Of a DNA stretch of 64,000 nucleotides, positions 48,301 through 56,914 are shown piece after piece. Positions within the stretch are counted from its first letter, which is position 1; every line of letters starts with the position of its first letter. The stretch lies in the sequence record LC680884.1; one strand, written 5' to 3'. A program made the translations under genes and the position numbers. The notes under the pieces are model-generated. The model was not told the DNA's origin. It saw nothing but the letters and a program-made list of their open reading frames with translations, and did no database searches.

Positions 48301-51300
48301 ATTGGGTAATCATAAGCAACCAAGTACCTAAGTTACAAATTATTTGTAATAAGGTAAAGGTTCAACGACTATCGAAACCACTCTAACAGATCATTACAAT
48401 AATGCTAGTTAGTGGAAGGGAGTAGAGTACAGTCTAAGCGATTGAGGCTGGAAATGGGAGGCACTTTTAAGTGATGATATAGTCTCGTCTCTAGGGAAAC
48501 TTAGAGCAGTTCTAAGGAACGGTATAGGTGTAGCGAACCTATATGAAGGAAAACGGATGCTTATACAACTGATATTCGGGCTTATGACCCTAGTATGCGT
48601 GGAATCATGGCAATGTCAACACCCGACTCGGATTGAATTATTATAATTCTTGAATTCCCAGACAAGATTTATAATAGTCCCTTATAATAGAAATATTATA
48701 AGTAAACCTCTTTAACTGCTGGAAAATCCTTTAAGGACAATCAGCATCCAAGACTCATTAGAGTAAGGTTCAACGACTATCGAAACCACTCTAACAGATC
48801 GTTGTGATAACGCTAGTTAGAAGGAAGGGAGTAGAGTACAACTCAAGCGATTGGAGTTGGAAATGGGAGGCATCCTAATAGGATGATGATATAGTCTCAT
48901 CTTCATGGTAACATGAAGCAGTTCATAAGAGAACGCATTAGATGTAGCGAATCTAGTGGAAGATAATGAAAGTTGGGGTGAATTAAACTGCCCCCTTATA
49001 TAGTGATATATAATGATAAAATCTCTCTAACTACGGGAAACTCCTAATAATAGGACAATCCGTATCGAAGACTCTCGTTAAATATATATTATAATAGTAG
49101 TAAGTTAAAAAGGAGAGCTACTATTATGGAAAAAAATAAAATAATATATCTAAAAGAACAAAAATTATGGAGAGTAAGTTTCTATAATAAAGAAAAGAAA
49201 TCAAATTCCCTTGCACATTATTCAGAAGTTTTATATGGAGATTATAGTGAGCGTATAGCTATGAAAACATTAAAAGAAGGAAAAAGAGCATATAATTTTA
49301 TTGAAGTATTAGATGATCATGCATTATTAGTTACTTTTTCAAAAACATATGGTATCGTAAAATCTCAAATTGATATTGAAGATATTGATAAAATAAATAA
49401 GCATGTTTGGAGAGCTATCTGGTCTAAAAGAAATAATTCATTTTATATTTCAAGTAATTCAGGTGGAAAGCTTCATAGATACCTAATGGATATTAAAGAT
49501 AATAATAATGTAATTGATCATATAGATAGAAATAGTTTAAATAATAGAAAAAGTAATTTGCGTGAGGTTTCTCAAATGATGAATAATAGAAATACATCAC
49601 TAAGAAACGATAATACTTCTGGAATTAAAGGAATAAGATATTCTAAAAAGAAAAATAGATGGGAATCTGAAATCCGTGTTAATCATAAAAAATTTATTAA
49701 AACATTTGCAGTTAATAAATATGGTTTTGAAAAAGCTAAAGAACTAGCAATTACTTTTAGAAAAGAAATTGCTGAGAAAAACGGTTTTATAAATTATTTT
49801 TAATTATAACGAGAGTAACGTTCAACGACTATCCTTTAGTGGTTAACACACAATAGGAGTACGGCTCAAGCGATTGGAGTGGGTGAGAATCCCTTAAATG
49901 GAAATGGGAGATATCTAGTCATCTCCTTTCTTTTTTTTTGACTAGATAAAGATATAGTCTCATCTCTATGGTAACATAGAGCAGTTCATAAGAGAACGGT
50001 ATAGGTGTAGCGAACCTATATGAAGGTAATGGGTTAGACAGTTAACTTTTGATCCAGCATTCAAAAACACACGAGGATTCTTAGACACCAATCCTAATAC
50101 AAAAAATAATACGACAAATATCTATGGTCCGGCAGAGTTATTAAACTCCTTTACTGCTCGTCATGCCGACCCACCGCGCGTTGGAATGCAAACAACGCAG
50201 CAAAAGCATGATTCGTGCCTAGTAGTAGTAATATTGCTAGCAAAACCCTTTAACTGCTGGAAAATCCTAAAGCCTTTAGTACCAAAGTGTAACAATCTAA
50301 AGGATATATGGACAATCAGCATCCAAGCATTGTTATAAATAACAATGAAGGTTCAACGACTATCCGAAAGCAATCTTAGGATTGTGAGTAGCGGTGAAAT
50401 TCCGCAATAGGAGTACGGCTCAAGCGATTGGAGTGGGTGAGAATCCCTTAAATGGAAATGGGGGTTATCCTTAATAGATAAGGATAGTGATATAGTCTCG
50501 TCTCTATAGAAATATAGAGCAGTTCATAAGAGAACGCATTAGACGTAGCGAATCTAATGGAAGTTAACGATCATTCCTACCACAAAGCAATCTAAACCTC
50601 TATTTGGTAGTGGTGTAGAGAAGACTGTCGCTTACATTCTAAGTGACGACTTTGTGTTTAGAGCAAAAAAAGATGGAGTTCTAGAGTCCATAGATGAAGA
50701 ACATGAGTTAGCTGTCGTTCGTTATAATGATGGTAAGAAAGACGTCATTGATCTCTCCGAGCATATGAGTAAGAACAGTAATGGTGGTTTCTATATTTCC
50801 AATCGTAAAGAACTCATTATCAAAGTAGGAGAGAAATTCAAAAAAGATGATATCCTAGCGAAGAATCCAAGTTATTTCCTTGGCGATAAGAAAGATGATA
50901 TCACGTATACTACAGGGAAGCTTTGTAAAGTAGCACTAGCAAGCGCAGATTACACATATGAAGATAGTAGTATTATCACAGAAAGCTTATCTCAAGACCT
51001 ATCTACTAAGATTACTATGAAGAAAGAACTTGCTCTTGGAGTTAACTCAAACATTGACTTTATTGTTAAGAAAGGCGATATGGTTAAAACTGGTGATCCA
51101 CTGATTATCTTTGAAAACTCTTTTGAAGATAAATCACTCAACCAACTCTTAGATAAACTAGGAGATGACTTTAATGAGACTATTAATGAGTTATCTAAGA
51201 ACAAAGTAAGTTCTAAATATACTGGTAAGATTGTAGATGTTGTAATGTACTACAATAAAGATATCAGTGAGTTTTCTCCTTCAGTACAAAAGATTCTGAA

Positions 51301-51700
51301 GAACTATATTAAAGATAGTAAGAAGAAAGAAGATAAGATTAAGTCTGTTACTAATGATCTGACTTCTGTTAATCTTAAACCTATTCAAAAGCAATCAGGT
51401 GAGAAAATTAAAGGTACTGAGGTAGATGGACTACTCATTGAGATTTATATTGAGTATGATGATGAACTTGGTATTGGAGATAAGATTACGTATTATACAG
51501 CACTTAAAACAATTGTATCTGATGTTATTCCTAAAGATCAAGAGCCTTTTAGTGAGAATGATCCAGATGAGAATATTGAAGCCATTATGAGTCCATTAAG
51601 TATCGTTTCACGCATGACCGTTGATATTTACAATGCATTGTATTTAAATAAAGCTTTAGTTCATCTTAAGAGAGAAATTGGTAAAATATATTCAGAATAA
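45376..51700 (+). CDS. Spliced RNA polymerase beta-like subunit, probably virion RNAP, 1397 aa; exons 45376-48171, 48556-48633, 48969-48979, 50032-50209, 50570-51700
   Basis: Beta motifs FMNINGGKKLILKQ, STPDSD|KVGV|VRQL (bacterial TPEGPNIGL), HADPPRVGMQTTQQKH|IIP...GSGVE, GDKITY...SPLSIVSRM. Exons total 4194 nt in one frame. The late promoter suggests the packaged RNAP. Confidence 0.9.
48172..48555 (+). mobile_element. Group I intron 1 (384 nt)
   Basis: P1 UUGGAU/GUCCAA; AACUGCUGGAA, GUUCAACGACUA, GAUAUAGUC; terminal G. Confidence 0.9.
48634..48968 (+). mobile_element. Group I intron 2 (335 nt)
   Basis: P1 GGAU/GUCC; core elements present; terminal G; frame restored. Confidence 0.88.
49080..49092 (+). 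promoter_or_regulatory. Intron-internal putative early promoter AAATATATATTAT
   Basis: Exact 13-mer 33 nt upstream of the endonuclease ATG. Confidence 0.7.
49126..49803 (+). CDS. Intron-encoded HNH endonuclease with AP2 DNA-binding domain
   Basis: LHRYLM...VIDHIDRNSLNNRKSNLREV...NNRN (HNH) then NTSGIKGI...RWESEI...F...KYG.E.A..LA (AP2). Confidence 0.9.
   Translation: MEKNKIIYLKEQKLWRVSFYNKEKKSNSLAHYSEVLYGDYSERIAMKTLKEGKRAYNFIEVLDDHALLVTFSKTYGIVKSQIDIEDIDKINKHVWRAIWSKRNNSFYISSNSGGKLHRYLMDIKDNNNVIDHIDRNSLNNRKSNLREVSQMMNNRNTSLRNDNTSGIKGIRYSKKKNRWESEIRVNHKKFIKTFAVNKYGFEKAKELAITFRKEIAEKNGFINYF
50210..50569 (+). mobile_element. Group I intron 4 (360 nt)
   Basis: P1 GCAU/GUGC; core elements; terminal G; frame restored into exon 5. 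Confidence 0.9.
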
Positions 51701-51715
51701 TTTTCTTTGATAAAC

Positions 51716-51759
51716 AAATTGGATTTCAACTAAACAAAATAATAGTTGAAATCCAATTT
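51716..51759 (+). promoter_or_regulatory. 16-bp palindrome with late promoter AACA-AAATAA-TA (51733-51744) in its loop
   Basis: AAATTGGATTTCAACT / AGTTGAAATCCAATTT flanking the motif. Confidence 0.6.
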
Positions 51760-51769
51760 TATATAAAGG

Positions 51770-53533
51770 ATGATTGTTTTGCCTAAAAAGACTACTGAAA
51801 TGTTTATTAAAGAAGTGTATGATTTAGTAGGAGATGAATATACTGTATTAGGAGAATATACTGGAACTAATAATAAAATAAAAATGAAACATGAAAAGTG
51901 CAGTCATGAATACTATGTCTCACCAAATGGCTTTTTAAATGCAGGTAATAGATGTCCTTTACATAAATCAGAGAGAATATCTAAAAGAAAAAATAAGACT
52001 ACTGAAATGTTTATTAAAGAAGTGTATGATTTAGTAGGAGATGAATATACTGTATTAGGAGAATATATTAATAGTTCTAAACTAGTATTACTTAGACATA
52101 ACATCTGTAATAAGGAGTTTAAAAAAAGACCTAATGACTTTCTCAGTAAGGGTTCAAGATGTCCTGATTGTACTAAGAAACTAATAAAAAGGAAAAAGAC
52201 AAAGACTACTGAAATGTTTATTAAAGAAGTGTATGATTTAGTAGGAGATGAATATACTGTATTAGGAGAATATATTAGCTCTCAAGATAAAATTGAGATG
52301 AGACACAATACTAGTGATTCTCATAATTTCTTTATTACACCAACTAATTTCCTAAAAAGAAAAAGGTGTAATATATGTAATAAAAATCCAAAAAATAAAG
52401 GATCTAATGGTTTTAAAGAAGATTTTTATAGAATATTTAATAGTAATGATTATACAATTAAGAGTAGATATATTAATAATAAAACTCCAATAGTTATTGA
52501 GCATTCATGTGGCTATTCTTGGGAGGTTAGACCGGTCGATATTTTACATGGTAATTCAAGAGGTAAAAAAGTTAAAAGAGATTGTCCTAGATGTCAACTA
52601 AAGAAACATAATTCAAAAGATGAGATTGAATTATATGATTATATTAAACAAATTCTCCCCAATAGCACTAATGTAATTCTATCAGACAGAAAAATACTTG
52701 AAGGTTTAGAACTGGATATTTATATACCTTCAAAGAAAATAGCAATTGAATATAACGGTTTATATTGGCATGGTGAATCTCAAGGAAAAGATAGAAACTA
52801 CCATTTAAATAAATTGAAAAAATGTAATGAAAAGGGTATAAGATTAATTCATTTATTTGAGAATGAGTGGATTGATAATAAAGAACTTATAAAGGGAAAG
52901 ATAAAACATATTTTAGGTTTAAATAATGGAGAAAAAATATATGCTAGAAAATGTTATATAGAAGAAATTCAGAATAATGTGAAAAGAGATTTTTTAGATA
53001 AAAATCATATTCAAGGATCTGATAACTCTACTATTAAACTGGGACTATGGTATCCAAGGAATGAGGGTGATGAGTTAGTAGCAGTAATGACATTCTGTAA
53101 ACCTAGAGTTAGCTTAGGGCAAAAAGGGAATAAATATGACTATGAATTAAGTAGATTTGCTACAGAAAGAGACTATAATGTAATAGGTAGTTTTGGAAAA
53201 TTATTCAGTTATTTTAAAAAGAATTATGATTGGAATAAAATCATAACATATGCTGATTTAAGATGGTCAGAAGGAAATGTATATCATAAAAATAGCTTTC
53301 ACTTTATGCATAACTCTCAGCCAAATTATTGGTATTTTAATAAAAATAAATTGAGTCTTTCACATAGATACAACTATAGAAAACAAAGATTAAAAGAATT
53401 ATTTCCAGAAATTTATAGTAATGATAAAACAGAAATTCAAATTATGAGAGAAGCTGGTTATGATAGAATTTGGGATTGTGGAAATTTAGTCTTTGAGTAT
53501 ACAAAAAAAAAAATAAAGGATAGAGATATTTAG
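51770..53533 (+). CDS. Free-standing putative homing endonuclease: Zn-finger repeats, Vsr/PD-(D/E)xK-like domain and Hef-like C-terminal region
   Basis: Repeated KTTEMFIKEVYDLVGDEYTVLGEY...H..C units; LELDIYIPSKKIAIEYNGLYWH; KIYARKC...NHIQG...TYADLRWS...RIWDCG. Confidence 0.7.
   Translation: MIVLPKKTTEMFIKEVYDLVGDEYTVLGEYTGTNNKIKMKHEKCSHEYYVSPNGFLNAGNRCPLHKSERISKRKNKTTEMFIKEVYDLVGDEYTVLGEYINSSKLVLLRHNICNKEFKKRPNDFLSKGSRCPDCTKKLIKRKKTKTTEMFIKEVYDLVGDEYTVLGEYISSQDKIEMRHNTSDSHNFFITPTNFLKRKRCNICNKNPKNKGSNGFKEDFYRIFNSNDYTIKSRYINNKTPIVIEHSCGYSWEVRPVDILHGNSRGKKVKRDCPRCQLKKHNSKDEIELYDYIKQILPNSTNVILSDRKILEGLELDIYIPSKKIAIEYNGLYWHGESQGKDRNYHLNKLKKCNEKGIRLIHLFENEWIDNKELIKGKIKHILGLNNGEKIYARKCYIEEIQNNVKRDFLDKNHIQGSDNSTIKLGLWYPRNEGDELVAVMTFCKPRVSLGQKGNKYDYELSRFATERDYNVIGSFGKLFSYFKKNYDWNKIITYADLRWSEGNVYHKNSFHFMHNSQPNYWYFNKNKLSLSHRYNYRKQRLKELFPEIYSNDKTEIQIMREAGYDRIWDCGNLVFEYTKKKIKDRDI
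51788..52274 (+). repeat. Three identical 73-bp intragenic repeats at exact 207-bp spacing (51788, 51995, 52202)
   Basis: AAGACTACTGAAATG...GGAGAATATA compared base by base; 69-aa period. Confidence 0.9.
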
Positions 53534-53544
53534 TCTCTATCCTT
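53516..53544. terminator. Bidirectional terminator
   Basis: AAGGATAGAGA / TCTCTATCCTT between convergent genes. Confidence 0.7.
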
Positions 53545-53550
53545 TATTTA

Positions 53551-53694
53551 TTATTCCCCAATTACTTTTAGTCCTCTAAGGTTTTTACCTATTGTACTTA
53601 AATAATTCCTAAAATAATTAGTAGCCTCAGTTTTACTATTTGCATGATAAGTCATGATTTTATTTCCTTGTAAGTCAGTTAATTTAAATTTCAT
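53551..53694 (-). CDS. Small hypothetical protein (47 aa)
   Basis: GGAGGA SD; MKFKLTDLQGNKIMTYHANSKTEATNYFRNYLSTIGKNLRGLKVIGE; not in the ORF track. Confidence 0.65.
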   Translation of the reverse strand: MKFKLTDLQGNKIMTYHANSKTEATNYFRNYLSTIGKNLRGLKVIGE

Positions 53695-53706
53695 GATAAT
53701 CCTCCT

Positions 53707-54222
53707 TTAATTAATAGAAAAATGCTTTATTCTATCTCTACTTACTCCATAATCTTTCATTAATTGCTTAACATGCTTTTCAACATTCTCTTCTCCACCA
53801 GTGATTGTTTCAAGACTAATAATAGTTAAGAATGTTTTTAAAACAGCTAGATTTTCATTTTTCTCAATTTGTTCATCTGAATATCCAATACCAGATTCAT
53901 CAAAATCTCTTTCGTAGGTTCCATTGTTCATTAATAGTAAAAATACATAGTTTTTAGTATCTGGTGTATAATATGGTTTTATTGTCCCATATAGATACTT
54001 TTTTATTGCTTCTAGAACAATATCATCAATAATATGAGGATTTACATTATTTCTTAAATAATGATCAAAATCATGTTTAGTTAATATTGTTTTATCAATA
54101 TTATCAAGAATTTCATTAGTAATTTTTTCGATATCATCTTCATTTATTTTGCTAAATTCATTATCTAATGAGATTTTACTAATTCTTAATTTCAATAAAT
54201 CTTTTACAGATTTCTTTTCCAT
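53707..54222 (-). CDS. Hypothetical protein
   Basis: 171 aa, coupled to neighbouring genes. Confidence 0.7.
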   Translation of the reverse strand: MEKKSVKDLLKLRISKISLDNEFSKINEDDIEKITNEILDNIDKTILTKHDFDHYLRNNVNPHIIDDIVLEAIKKYLYGTIKPYYTPDTKNYVFLLLMNNGTYERDFDESGIGYSDEQIEKNENLAVLKTFLTIISLETITGGEENVEKHVKQLMKDYGVSRDRIKHFSIN

Positions 54223-54416
54223 TATTCTTGTCCTCCATTATCCCTTAATTTTTTTAAAATCTTTCTAAGGACATAAATACGTTTATCTATTTCTCTATTA
54301 TTTCTTTTAACTACTCTTAATTTCATCAAATTAGAAATTCTATTCTTTAATTCTACTTCATAAATATCACGTTCAGATGGTGTTAACTCAATACTAAATA
54401 GAATCATATCTTCCAT
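54222..54416 (-). CDS. Hypothetical protein
   Basis: 64 aa, SD GGAG. Confidence 0.65.
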   Translation of the reverse strand: MEDMILFSIELTPSERDIYEVELKNRISNLMKLRVVKRNNREIDKRIYVLRKILKKLRDNGGQE

Positions 54417-54418
54417 GA

Positions 54419-54787
54419 TTAAACTCCCTGACTTAGATCATTGATTGAAAATTCTTCTTTAACTATATTTGCACATTTATAGCCTTCATTCCATTCTTTA
54501 GTATCCATTTTTCCACTCATAATACAATCAAAACCATCCATGAAGGCATCAATATTATAACTTGGATCAAGACCAATTTTATCTCTAAAGATTTTCTCCA
54601 ATTCCTCAGTATCTCTAATAGCATTAATTTTACTTAATGACAAATTACCATTACTATTATTAATGGATAGAACTGATAAAGCACACCCACAGTTAATCAC
54701 TGGATTTACATATACTTTATTTATTGGTTTAATACCGGTCTTCTTATACGCTTGTACTAATTCCTCAGCAGTAATTGTTGTTTTCAT
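54419..54787 (-). CDS. Hypothetical protein
   Basis: 122 aa, CGCAL motif. Confidence 0.7.
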   Translation of the reverse strand: MKTTITAEELVQAYKKTGIKPINKVYVNPVINCGCALSVLSINNSNGNLSLSKINAIRDTEELEKIFRDKIGLDPSYNIDAFMDGFDCIMSGKMDTKEWNEGYKCANIVKEEFSINDLSQGV

Positions 54788-54789
54788 AA

Positions 54790-55098
54790 TTAATTCCTCC
54801 CTTTACTTTTAAGACCACCAGTTTCTTTTTTTAAGACAATTTTGACAGACTGCCCAATGTTCACTAATAAATTCCTTACCACATTCTTTACAGAATTTAG
54901 GTTTATTTTTCTTTGAGAATAATTTAAACATAAGTTTTCTTCTCCTTGTTCATTAGTTCTTATATTCATAGTACCTTTAATATTATTGTAATTTATATGA
55001 CATAGATGATAATTATGATTAATCATTTTATCATTACAATAAGGACATTTAGACATAGGTGTAAAGACGATTCTTACTGGTAATATTTTTTGATTCAT
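54790..55098 (-). CDS. Hypothetical Zn-ribbon protein
   Basis: CPYC plus further Cys/His residues. Confidence 0.6.
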   Translation of the reverse strand: MNQKILPVRIVFTPMSKCPYCNDKMINHNYHLCHINYNNIKGTMNIRTNEQGEENLCLNYSQRKINLNSVKNVVRNLLVNIGQSVKIVLKKETGGLKSKGRN

Positions 55099-55109
55099 AT
55101 TATTTTCCT

Positions 55110-55376
55110 TTACTTATTTAGATATTCTGAATCAATTTCATTTTCTTGAAAATTATCCAATAACCATTGAACAGCTTCTTCTTCATTGTAAAACAGTAGG
55201 TCATCCCCATCTTCATCTTTTAGATACTTATCATTATCGTCAAGTTCATCAAACCACTGTAATGTTGCTACTGTTACTTTTGGTTTACCATTCTCGCTAA
55301 TATAATATAACAGCTTATAGTAAATATCAGTCATTAAAATCCTCCTATGTAAATTAATAATAGGAATTAGAGTCAA
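55110..55376 (-). CDS. Hypothetical acidic protein
   Basis: Likely start at MTDIYY after AGGAGG. Confidence 0.65.
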   Translation of the reverse strand: MTLIPIINLHRRILMTDIYYKLLYYISENGKPKVTVATLQWFDELDDNDKYLKDEDGDDLLFYNEEEAVQWLLDNFQENEIDSEYLNK

Positions 55377-55394
55377 CTAGACTCTAATTCCTAT
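55360..55394 (-). terminator. Stem-loop after the SPFH gene
   Basis: 15-bp perfect stem. Confidence 0.65.
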
Positions 55395-55401
55395 TTTAAA
55401 G

Positions 55402-56217
55402 TTATTTGTCTTCTAAAGGAAGTTGAAGAAGTGAGTTAGTACCAGTTGCTTTTGGCATTTTACCATCCCACTTTTCAATCCATTTATTCATAATAATTTC
55501 TTTAGACATAGACTTCTTAATGATCTCATTGGCATCTGCAACACCTTGAGCTTCAATTTTCTTCCTCTCAGCATCTGCTTTAGCAATCTTGATTTCAGTT
55601 TGAGAACGTTCTAATTCCTGAGAAGATTTAACTCTAGCATCAATTGCATCTTGAGTAGCTTTATCTGGCTTTGGCACACCTAAAGTAAGATCATCAATAA
55701 TAAAACCATATTTCTTCATATCTTCAGCAAATGTTTTTTGAATTTCACTAGCCGCTTCTGAAGATTTTTGACCATAAGTATCAATTACTGAATATTTAGA
55801 GATCACTTTACGAGAGGCATCCCATAAACGTGATTTAAGATATGAATTCTCAATTTGTTCAACTTTAACTGAACCAAACTTATTAAATACATCTACTACT
55901 TTATCTGGTTGTACAACATAGTTATAAGCAATATCCATTTCAATGTTTTTACCATCAGATGTTGCTACTTTGATGTCTTTATTATTTACTGTTTGCATGC
56001 GAACTGGATATTCTGTAACTTTATCAAAAGGCTTGATCCAATGCCAACCTTGATCAAGTGTAGTCTCTTTTACTCCACCATTAGGGGAATAAACTACACC
56101 AACATATCCATTTGGAATTTTCTCAACCATAAAGATAGAGATAATTAAACCAGCAATTAATACTACTCCTGCAACGATACCACCAATAATCTTATTTCTC
56201 ACTGTCATTCTCATCAC
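55402..56217 (-). CDS. SPFH/band 7/prohibitin-family membrane protein
   Basis: N-terminal TM, KIPNGYVGVVY, GWHWIKPFDKV, coiled coil EAERKKIEAQGVADAN, KWDGKMP. Confidence 0.9.
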   Translation of the reverse strand: MMRMTVRNKIIGGIVAGVVLIAGLIISIFMVEKIPNGYVGVVYSPNGGVKETTLDQGWHWIKPFDKVTEYPVRMQTVNNKDIKVATSDGKNIEMDIAYNYVVQPDKVVDVFNKFGSVKVEQIENSYLKSRLWDASRKVISKYSVIDTYGQKSSEAASEIQKTFAEDMKKYGFIIDDLTLGVPKPDKATQDAIDARVKSSQELERSQTEIKIAKADAERKKIEAQGVADANEIIKKSMSKEIIMNKWIEKWDGKMPKATGTNSLLQLPLEDK

Positions 56218-56344
56218 CCTTAAAAATATTATTTTTTACTTTTCTGGTACTTCTACCTATTTTCTCAAATAATGGACTGATTGCTAACCACAAGAGAAAT
56301 AAGATTGCAAGTACTATCATTGTTGAACCAATCATTACTTTCAA
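56192..56344 (-). CDS. Small single-TM protein (50 aa) overlapping the SPFH start
   Basis: TTG after GAGGAGG; MKVMIGSTMIVLAILFLLWLAISPLFEKIG... Confidence 0.6.
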   Translation of the reverse strand: MKVMIGSTMIVLAILFLLWLAISPLFEKIGRSTRKVKNNIFKGDENDSEK

Positions 56345-56421
56345 TTACACATTCCTCCTCTGATAAATTGTTACTAAATCTCTATTTTAGTTATAGAAAA
56401 ATCAATTTTTAAACAATAAAT

Positions 56422-56631
56422 TTACATTTCAAATATTAACTTAGCAAGAATACAAAACATTAATCCTCCAGAAATAATTTGTATAGCAGTTAGAAAATCA
56501 CTCATTGCGTATCCTGTATTTGCAAATTCTTGATAGACGAAAGTTGCAATAAATATTAAAAATAAAACAATTAGTAGTACTATGATATTAACCATTTTAA
56601 CACTCCTATTTGATAGCTCTATTAATAGCAC
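56422..56631 (-). CDS. Small two-TM membrane protein
   Basis: Likely start MVNIIVLL after AGGAG; two hydrophobic helices. Confidence 0.65.
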   Translation of the reverse strand: MLLIELSNRSVKMVNIIVLLIVLFLIFIATFVYQEFANTGYAMSDFLTAIQIISGGLMFCILAKLIFEM

Positions 56632-56914
56632 TATATAATGATTCTTTTATAAACAAAGTACAAACTATATTATATTTTTTTAAAAATTTTTCTTTTTCCA
56701 ATAGTATAAAAATATCTTCAAACATTCCTAGAAAGAATGAAGGAGATACCATAAATATAGTATCTGGAAAAATAATATCTATGGTATCAGTAGTTTTATC
56801 TAATCTATTTAAGTCCATTAATTTACGTGTGATTTTTCCATATTTCCTTCCCACTACTAATGAATTTGTACTTGTGTTTAGATAATCAATCAAATTGTAT
56901 ATTTTTCCATTCAT
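56606..56914 (-). CDS. STAS-like (DUF4325-type) protein
   Basis: LVVGRKYG...IDIIFPDTIFMVSPSFFLGMF pattern. Confidence 0.55.
   Translation of the reverse strand: MNGKIYNLIDYLNTSTNSLVVGRKYGKITRKLMDLNRLDKTTDTIDIIFPDTIFMVSPSFFLGMFEDIFILLEKEKFLKKYNIVCTLFIKESLYSAINRAIK

Larger units (their letters stand above)
48980..50031 (+). mobile_element. Group I intron 3 (1052 nt) carrying an HNH homing endonuclease
   Basis: P1 GGGGU/GCCCC; core elements flank the ORF; terminal G. Confidence 0.9.

Noticed and set aside
25722-50569. Recurrent ~70-bp sequences (ATAGTCTC...GCAGTTCATAAGAGAACG...) as IS ends or REP-like repeats
   Set aside because: They are the P7/P9 regions of group I introns, located just before each terminal G.
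51788-52274. Direct repeats as a possible CRISPR array
   Set aside because: The repeats are 73 bp, in frame within a CDS with a 69-aa period, and no cas genes are present.
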